DNA from: Puniceicoccaceae bacterium Marseille-Q1082
GTDB taxonomy: Bacteria > Verrucomicrobiota > Verrucomicrobiia > Opitutales > Intestinicryptomonadaceae
Assembly (NCBI GenBank): GCA_904424815.1
Contig: CAJGBI010000001.1
Coordinates: 899,083 to 931,082, forward strand
Length of the DNA stretch: 32,000 nt
Direction of reading: 5' to 3'
The position numbers and the translations under genes were made by a program. The notes beneath the pieces were generated by a model. It saw only the letters and a program-made list of their open reading frames with translations. It did not search any database and was not told where the DNA came from. How positions within the stretch are numbered: the first letter of the stretch is position 1; each line of letters opens with the position of its first letter. Below, in pieces: positions 25,900 through 32,000 of the stretch.

Positions 25900-27080
25900 A
25901 TGTCGAAAATCGTGAATATTACGGCGAAAACCGCGTCGGCTACTATAATCCATGTCACGCTCTGCACGACCGCCGAAGTCGTTGCGAGCCCCACTCCGGA
26001 AGAGCTCTTCTCGCACGCGAGCCCCTGCCGGCATCCTATGACACCCACTATCAGGCCGAAAACTATGCTCTTGCCTATGCCCGTGGAAAGCTGGACGAGG
26101 TTGAGGGCGGCGACCGAGCGGTTGGCGTACTGCTCGTAGGATATGTCGAACATTCCCACGCCTATGGCGAGCCCGCCCATCATGCCTATGACGTCCGCGA
26201 ATATCGTGAGCAACGGAAACACGAGAACAAGCGCGAGTATGCGCGGAAACACGAGAAATTCCATCGGGGATATTCCGAAAGTCCTGAACGCGGAGATTTC
26301 CTCGTTCACTTTCATCGAGCCAAGCTCCGCCGCGAAAGCCGCCCCCGTGCGGCCGCTCATCACAATTCCGACCATTATCGCGCCCATTTCGCGCACCATT
26401 GCGATTCCCACGAGGTCTGCGACAAAGATTTCCGAGCCGTATTTGGCGAGCTGTATCGCGCCCACGAACGCGAGTATTAGCCCCACGAGAAAGCTTATGA
26501 GCGCCACTATCGGCAGCGCCTCGGGCCCCGAGCGCTGGACGAGCAGCGCGAGATCCTTGCCCCTGAACCGCGCGCGACCGGTCACGGCGAGCGCAAACGA
26601 TATTGCGACTTCGCCGACAAATTCCGAAATGGAGTTGAAAGAGCTCAAAACCCCTATCGCGCGAGATCCGACCTTCCCGAAAATCCCACCCTGCTTTGCC
26701 GCGGACTTTCTCGACGCCTCGTCGGCCTCCGGAACGGCGGTTGCGAGCCTCAAGAGAGCTCGCGGCCCCTCGGGAAGAGATTCGGCGTCGAAATTTATGG
26801 AGAGCTTTGAGCACAGCTCCCAGACGCGCAGGAGAAACGCCGAGAGCGCGGAGTCGTACTTTCCGAGCCCCCCCGCGTCGACTTTTAGCGAGGAAACATT
26901 CCCGCGCGACGAGAGCTCTCCCCCGATTTTTTCGAAGGGAGTGCGTCCGTTTTTCAAAAGCCAATCCCCCGAGACGCGCAACGCGAGAGCGTCTCCGTCG
27001 CCGGAAATGGAGGCTGTCGCCGGAATTCCCGTTTCCTCCGATTTCGGCTTTTTGAAAATATTTGAGAAAAATCCCGTCAC
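25896..27080 (-). CDS. MlaE-like ABC permease with an N-terminal STAS-like region
   Basis: C-terminal GAIMVGIVMSGRTGAAFAAELGSMKVNEEISAFRTFGISPMEFLVFPRILAL is MlaE. The N-terminal ~110 aa (LALRVSGDWLLKNGRTPFEKIGGEL...LKVDAGGLGKYDSALSAFLLRVWELC) resembles STAS. 4-bp overlap (ATGA) with the ATPase gene. Confidence 0.9.
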   Translation of the reverse strand: MTGFFSNIFKKPKSEETGIPATASISGDGDALALRVSGDWLLKNGRTPFEKIGGELSSRGNVSSLKVDAGGLGKYDSALSAFLLRVWELCSKLSINFDAESLPEGPRALLRLATAVPEADEASRKSAAKQGGIFGKVGSRAIGVLSSFNSISEFVGEVAISFALAVTGRARFRGKDLALLVQRSGPEALPIVALISFLVGLILAFVGAIQLAKYGSEIFVADLVGIAMVREMGAIMVGIVMSGRTGAAFAAELGSMKVNEEISAFRTFGISPMEFLVFPRILALVLVFPLLTIFADVIGMMGGLAIGVGMFDISYEQYANRSVAALNLVQLSTGIGKSIVFGLIVGVIGCRQGLACEKSSSGVGLATTSAVVQSVTWIIVADAVFAVIFTIFDI

Positions 27081-27154
27081 AATATTTCTATTCAGAGGAC
27101 AAAATAGAAAAACACCGGCATTTGTAAAGAGCTAATGAATGCGCGGATTTCGCG

Positions 27155-27182
27155 TTGACGCCCCGCGGCGGGGCGCTTTAAT
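27155..27182 (+). promoter_or_regulatory. Candidate sigma70-like promoter for the downstream HzsA-like gene
   Basis: TTGACG (27155-27160), 16-bp spacer, TTTAAT (27177-27182). The spacer region contains the palindrome CGCCCCG-cgg-CGGGGCG. Confidence 0.4.
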
Positions 27183-27204
27183 ATTTGCCAACTTCCGGCA
27201 TAAT

Positions 27205-29553
27205 ATGCGATTTAAAACCTTTTTTTTAATCCTGCCGCTGCTTGCGCTGCAGTTTACGGGGCGCCTCGCCGCCGGAGGGGAAGGACTGTCGGGATTTTCC
27301 GAATTGGCGTTCATAAAGCGCAACGCCTTCGACCCAAACCACTATTATACGGAGTTCATAAACAGCTCGTGGCGGCCGGGCGGCGGAATTTTCATTCTGA
27401 ATTTGAAAGACGGAAGCCAGCGCGAATTGTTTCCGACGATGTCCGGCGGCGTATTCGGGAGGTTCGACATCTCTTTCGACGCGAAACGCATAGTGTTTTC
27501 ATACAAAAAATCCGCCGGAGAGGGATTCAGGATTTACTCCGCAAAAATCGACGGTTCCGGCCTCAAACAGCTGACTTTTCCCGAGCCGAACGAAGCCGAA
27601 ACCGCAAAGAAGTTCAAGCGCGGCGGATACCACAGCGGAACCGACGACATGGATCCGTGCTGGCTGCCCGACGGCGGCATAGCGTTCGTGTCTACGCGCC
27701 CGAGATACGGCGTGCTATGCGACCCTTCCGACGACCTCACTGTCGCGACAATGTACAGAATGGAGGCGGACGGCTCGGGCATGAAGCGGCTGTCCTACGG
27801 CGCGCTCAGCGAGAACTCCCCGTGCGTCCTGCCGGACGGCAGAATAATGTACACGCGGTGGGAATACGTGGACAAAGGGGCGTCCGCCGTAAAATGCCTG
27901 TGGGCCATGCGCCCCGACGGGACGGGATCCGCGGAAATTTACGGCAACGACATCGCCCTGCCCGTCACAATGATATTCGGGCGGCCAATGCCCGGCGGAA
28001 GGGGAAAGTATGTTTTCATCGGCGCCCCGCACTATCCGCAGGGGCCGAACGGGACGGTGATAACAGCCGACACGTCAAAAGGAACCCGCTCGGAATCCGC
28101 GATGCGCCATATCACGCCCGACGTGGAAATACGCGACGAAAGCGGCTACCATTTTAAAAAGGGCGGAAACTGGAAATTCGACCCGTCGGGAAAGTCGGGC
28201 AGGCTCTTCCGCGACCCCTATCCTATTTCGGACGGAGAATTTCTCGTGGCGATGAAGCCCGAGGGATACGCGTGGAACGACGCTGGCGGATACGAACTCG
28301 CGCTCCTCTCCTCCGACGGCTCCGCGCGGAGAATATACAGGGACGAAAAGTATTCCGCCTTCCAGCCCGTCCCGATAGCCCCGCGCCCGCTTCCGCCGGT
28401 TCTTCCGTCCGCCCCCGACGAAGGACTTGAACGCAGAAACCTCGCCGCCCTTCTGATAACCGACGTCTACGCGGGCCTCGAAAACGTCCCGCGCGGCGCG
28501 GCCAAATACGTCCGCGTCCTCGAGCAAGTCGCGCGGCCGTGGGGCGCAAACAGAATAGCAATGGGCGGCGAAAAGACCGAAGACGCCCACGGGCAGCAGC
28601 ACGCCGCGGTAAGCCGGTATACGCACTTGGGGCTGAAAGTCCAGCGCGGCGTGGCGGAAATCGAGCCCGACGGCAGCGCGTATTTTTTGGTTCCCGCCAA
28701 CCGCAACATATTTTTGCAGGTTTTGGACGAAAATTACATGGCGCTGCAAACCGAGCGTACTTTTGTAAACTACATGCCCGGGGAAATCAGGGGCTGCATC
28801 GGGTGCCACGAGGGCTCCTCCGAAACCCCGCAGCTGGCGAAATCCGCGCGGGTTCTCGCGCTGCGCAAGCCGCCTCAAAAACTGAAACCCCAGCGCGGGG
28901 AGGCGTCTGCCGAAAAGCTTTTCGACTACGCCGCGCAAATACAGCCGATTTTCGACGGGCGCTGCGTCTCATGCCACGGGCAAAACCGGCGCGAAAAGGG
29001 GCTCGACCTGCGCGGAACCCCGACGAAATTTTTCAGCGTCTCGTACGAATCGCTCGTCCCCGACTACGTTTGGCACGCGGGACTTCCAAAGGAGTGCGCC
29101 TTTGAAAGGGAGCGCGTCGGAATGACAAACATGTCTAAAAAAGACTACGCGAGGCTCGACCGGAGGCTGCTCGGCAAAATCATATCCGAAATATTCCAAA
29201 AGGACAACAACGTCGAGTATCTGCCCGCTGGAAGCCTTGGGGCGCGGACGAGCGTTTTGATAGGCGCGTTCGCTCCCGAAGCCGCGGACATAAGGGACGC
29301 GCGCGACGCCGCGCGCGCGCGGGAGCTCGCAAAAATCCACAAAAACATAAGGCTTTCCGACGCCGAAATTCTCGCGCTATCCAACTGGATAGACGCCAAC
29401 TGCCAGTTCCATCCGTCCTATTGGGGCGCGAAAAATCTGAAATACAAAAACGCCCCGCAATTCAGGCCGAAACTCGGTTTCGACGAGGCTATTTCCGAAA
29501 CACCCCCGAAAGGGCTGGAATTTTCGCCCGCGCGAACCGTAAAACTTAAATAG
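27205..29553 (+). CDS. Secreted HzsA-like / TolB-propeller-like protein with two c-type haem (CxxCH) motifs
   Basis: Signal MRFKTFFLILPLLALQFTGRLAAG; propeller-like segments (FDISFDAKRIVFSYKK, DMDPCWLPDGGIAFVSTRPR, SENSPCVLPDGRIMYTRWEYVDKG); CIGCH at 28795-28809 and CVSCH at 28963-28977. ATG at 27205. Confidence 0.85.
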   Translation: MRFKTFFLILPLLALQFTGRLAAGGEGLSGFSELAFIKRNAFDPNHYYTEFINSSWRPGGGIFILNLKDGSQRELFPTMSGGVFGRFDISFDAKRIVFSYKKSAGEGFRIYSAKIDGSGLKQLTFPEPNEAETAKKFKRGGYHSGTDDMDPCWLPDGGIAFVSTRPRYGVLCDPSDDLTVATMYRMEADGSGMKRLSYGALSENSPCVLPDGRIMYTRWEYVDKGASAVKCLWAMRPDGTGSAEIYGNDIALPVTMIFGRPMPGGRGKYVFIGAPHYPQGPNGTVITADTSKGTRSESAMRHITPDVEIRDESGYHFKKGGNWKFDPSGKSGRLFRDPYPISDGEFLVAMKPEGYAWNDAGGYELALLSSDGSARRIYRDEKYSAFQPVPIAPRPLPPVLPSAPDEGLERRNLAALLITDVYAGLENVPRGAAKYVRVLEQVARPWGANRIAMGGEKTEDAHGQQHAAVSRYTHLGLKVQRGVAEIEPDGSAYFLVPANRNIFLQVLDENYMALQTERTFVNYMPGEIRGCIGCHEGSSETPQLAKSARVLALRKPPQKLKPQRGEASAEKLFDYAAQIQPIFDGRCVSCHGQNRREKGLDLRGTPTKFFSVSYESLVPDYVWHAGLPKECAFERERVGMTNMSKKDYARLDRRLLGKIISEIFQKDNNVEYLPAGSLGARTSVLIGAFAPEAADIRDARDAARARELAKIHKNIRLSDAEILALSNWIDANCQFHPSYWGAKNLKYKNAPQFRPKLGFDEAISETPPKGLEFSPARTVKLK

Positions 29554-29624
29554 GCCCGCGCGAAAAACGGCGCGGCGGCACGACGGGCGACGGGAAACCG
29601 GATTTCTACGCCGCGGAACGCCTG

Positions 29625-29649
29625 AAAAAAAGCCCCCTCCCTATGGGGC
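29625..29649 (-). terminator. Terminator-like hairpin overlapping the pdxH stop codon
   Basis: Read on the minus strand: GCCCC-atagggag-GGGGC then TTTTTTT. The TAG stop of pdxH lies in the loop. Confidence 0.5.
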
Positions 29650-30291
29650 GAGGCGTGAAATTTCCCAAACCGCCGAGCCGTCGGGGGAGGACTTTTTCGC
29701 GTACTCGAACCTGTCGTGCAGGCGGTTTTTTCTGCCCTGCCAAAATTCAAAACTCTCGGGGACAATTCTGTACCCTCCCCAGAAATCGGGCAGCGGAACG
29801 TCGCCGTTTTTGAATTTCTCCTTCATCTTTTCAAACTGCATTTCGAGCAGGCCGCGCGACGAAATCACGCTGCTCTGGCGCGACACCCACGCCCCGAGAC
29901 GGCTCCCGAACGGCCGCGACAAAAAGTAGCGCAGCGACTCCGCCGCCGACACCTTCTCCGCCCTGCCTCCTATGCGCAGCTGCCGCTCCAGGTCAAGCCA
30001 CGCGAAAATCGCGCACACCTTGTCGTTGCCGGCGATTTCGCGCGCCTTGCGGCTCGAATAATTGGTGTAAAACACGAAGCCGTTTTCGTCCCACGACTTC
30101 AAAAGCACCACGCGCGACGACGGCGCGCCGTCCGCCCCCACCGTGGAAACCACCATGGCGTTGGGCTCCGCAACGTCGCATTCGCACGCGTGGTTAAACC
30201 ATTTTTCGAACTGCTTGAACGGGTTGGGATCCAGATCGGAGCGCGACAACCCGCCTTTAAGGTATTCGTTTCTGAACTCGAAAATATCCAT
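29641..30291 (-). CDS. pdxH: Pyridoxamine 5'-phosphate oxidase
   Basis: PNAMVVSTVGADGAPSSRVVLLKSWDENGFVFYTNYSSRKAREI, GRAEKVSAAESLRYFLSRPFGSRLGAWVSRQSSVI, PDFWGGYRIVPESFEFWQGRKNRLHDRFEY. Confidence 0.95.
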   Translation of the reverse strand: MDIFEFRNEYLKGGLSRSDLDPNPFKQFEKWFNHACECDVAEPNAMVVSTVGADGAPSSRVVLLKSWDENGFVFYTNYSSRKAREIAGNDKVCAIFAWLDLERQLRIGGRAEKVSAAESLRYFLSRPFGSRLGAWVSRQSSVISSRGLLEMQFEKMKEKFKNGDVPLPDFWGGYRIVPESFEFWQGRKNRLHDRFEYAKKSSPDGSAVWEISRLAP

Positions 30292-31682
30292 TATATTATG
30301 TCCCTTATAGTCTTGGACGACGCCGGAAGGCGCGAATATTCGCCGAAAGATTCGACAGCCGCGGCAACCGCGGGCTCGTTGTGCGAAAGCAGCTCGGGCT
30401 TGTCGCCTTCGCTAAGGCCCAGCTGCTTGAAAAATTGCGCGAGCGTCACGGATTCCGGCGGAACGGCGGGCTTGAACCCTGCGGCGTCGCGGGAATCGCC
30501 GAGAAGCACGCCGCACACCAGCCCCTTTGAAACGAGGATATCGAGAGACGCCAATATGGCGCCGGCGGGAAGTTTGAGCTTGGCGGTGAGCGTCTCCGCC
30601 GTCGGCGTGCCGTCGCGCAGGCAAAACTCGCGCGAGACTTCGGCAAACGCCGCAAGAGCGCACAGCGCGCGCATTCCGGGCCCCATGAGGCCCCATGCGT
30701 CTTCGTCGGAGAGGAAGTCCATGTATTGGACGGCGTAGGTAATCTGGCTACCTATGAGTATCACCAGCCAGAATATGTAGAGGCTGAACATCGCCACCGC
30801 CACTATCGCCAAATACCCGTACAGGCTCTGCTGCTTAACGATATAGCCTATATATATGAACGAAAGCTTGTTGTTCAGCATCAGCAAAAGCATTATGATA
30901 AATCCCCCCGCAAACGCCGCTTTCCACTTCACGCGCGCGCACGGAAAAAATTTGTAGAAGCACGCCAGCACCGCCGTCATTACCCCCATGCCCACCAGAT
31001 ACGTTATCCACGAGGCGTAGTCGGAAATTATCGGAATCCCGCCTACGAACGCAGACAGCTGGGAGGTCGCCAGAAAAGTCATTCCGAAAATCGTGCCGAC
31101 CGACCCGAAGAAAATCATCGCAAAATAGAACACAATGCGGTCAACCCATTTGCGACCCTTGCGCGCTCCCCATATCAGGTTGATGGCGCTCTCCATATTT
31201 TTGCAAAGCAAGAGGCACGTGACGAGCATCGTCGCCACCCCTATCGCGCCTCCGGAGACGCTCGCCTTGGAGATTTTCGTGATGAATTTGAAGACGGCCG
31301 GGTTTATCTTCGCCTTCTCCCCTCCGTCCGCTCCGCCGGAAGCCGACATCATTTCGGAGACCGCCGGCATCACGAAAGTTGCGGCGTCCATTATTTTGCC
31401 GTATATGAACTGCTCGCCCTTGTCCCTGAAAAACATTCCCGAAAATAGTATTGTGATGGCGAGTATCGGGCCTATCGCAAGCAGCGTTGCGTACGAGAGC
31501 GACGACGCCTGGACGAACACACGGTTTTTGAGTATGCCGTTTGCCGTCGTAAGCAGTATTCTGAGCAGCAGTATGCCGACGCCCGCAAGCCCCCTTTTGC
31601 CCGAGTATTTCGGGTCCCAAATTCCGTTTGCGAGGAAGTTTTTAACCGCCGCCGCGGGCGAGATTTTTTTCTGAGAATCCAT
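30291..31682 (-). CDS. YihY/BrkB family membrane protein (formerly RNase BN-like)
   Basis: From MDSQKKISPAAAV, VQASSLSYATLLAIGPILAITILFSGMFF, a multi-TM core and FYKFFPCARVKWKAAFAGGFI, with a C-terminal winged-helix-like tail. Start at 31682, 1-bp overlap with pdxH. Confidence 0.85.
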   Translation of the reverse strand: MDSQKKISPAAAVKNFLANGIWDPKYSGKRGLAGVGILLLRILLTTANGILKNRVFVQASSLSYATLLAIGPILAITILFSGMFFRDKGEQFIYGKIMDAATFVMPAVSEMMSASGGADGGEKAKINPAVFKFITKISKASVSGGAIGVATMLVTCLLLCKNMESAINLIWGARKGRKWVDRIVFYFAMIFFGSVGTIFGMTFLATSQLSAFVGGIPIISDYASWITYLVGMGVMTAVLACFYKFFPCARVKWKAAFAGGFIIMLLLMLNNKLSFIYIGYIVKQQSLYGYLAIVAVAMFSLYIFWLVILIGSQITYAVQYMDFLSDEDAWGLMGPGMRALCALAAFAEVSREFCLRDGTPTAETLTAKLKLPAGAILASLDILVSKGLVCGVLLGDSRDAAGFKPAVPPESVTLAQFFKQLGLSEGDKPELLSHNEPAVAAAVESFGEYSRLPASSKTIRDII

Positions 31683-31696
31683 TTTATTAAAAAACG

Positions 31697-32000
31697 TTAA
31701 GAAAAGAAAACCGAGTAAAACCAAAGCGACGACGCAAGCGCCGCAGCCCCCGCCGCCGCCGACAGCGCGGGGCCGAGCCTGAGCGTGCACGCCCCGAGCG
31801 CGGTGGAGGCCGCGCAATACGCCCACGCCTGAGCAGAGGCGTCCGGAATGGAATAGGCGACGACCGCCGCGGCCCCCGCGCAAGCCCACGCCTTGAAGCG
31901 CAGGATTCCCCACACGGGAAGGCCGAACGCGAAAAACACGAGCATGAGCGCGTCTGCGGAAACCGAAACGCCCAGCGGAGTGTCCGAAAGCCTCCTCAAA
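31697..32000 (-). CDS. Small hydrophobic membrane protein, 5' end probably outside the window
   Basis: Ala-rich TM-like translation (ALMLVFFAFGLPVWGILRFKAWACAGAAAVVAYSIPD...AAALASSLWFYSVFFS), 14 bp upstream of and co-directional with the YihY/BrkB gene. Confidence 0.45.
   Translation of the reverse strand, partial: LRRLSDTPLGVSVSADALMLVFFAFGLPVWGILRFKAWACAGAAAVVAYSIPDASAQAWAYCAASTALGACTLRLGPALSAAAGAAALASSLWFYSVFFS

Overview
This 32 kb window looks like an ordinary, densely packed, GC-rich chromosomal segment from a Gram-negative-type bacterium. The DUF1501, DUF1549/DUF1553 and HzsA-like genes suggest the Verrucomicrobiota/PVC group, but that assignment is an inference. Genes supported from the ORF translations, in order: a LUD-domain fragment, metF, alr, a YraN-family gene, a large secreted glycosidase-like protein, a three-gene DUF1549/1553-DUF1501-PPC-like cluster, a DUF2157 + GDYXXLXY pair, tadA, infA, a FecCD/FecE-type ABC pair, a HIT hydrolase, a phoH-like gene, a PgpH-type 7TM-HD phosphodiesterase, lpxD, fabD, an Mla/MCE-type lipid transport operon, an HzsA-like protein with two CxxCH motifs, pdxH, a YihY/BrkB membrane protein and a partial membrane ORF. 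I saw no CRISPR array, transposase, phage genes, tRNA or rRNA. I did not find a convincing new multi-gene system. The most unusual signal is non-coding: a ~900 bp island (about 21584-22530) between the convergent genes lpxD and fabD. It contains a 27-bp tandem triplet, two near-identical 196-bp tandem units plus a diverged third copy, many short perfect hairpins including a possible three-way-junction fold, and a terminal 16-bp-arm inverted repeat. Other points of interest are a DUF1549-type protein that lacks the expected CxxCH motif, the HzsA-like protein with a palindrome in its predicted promoter spacer, and the large glycosidase-like protein.
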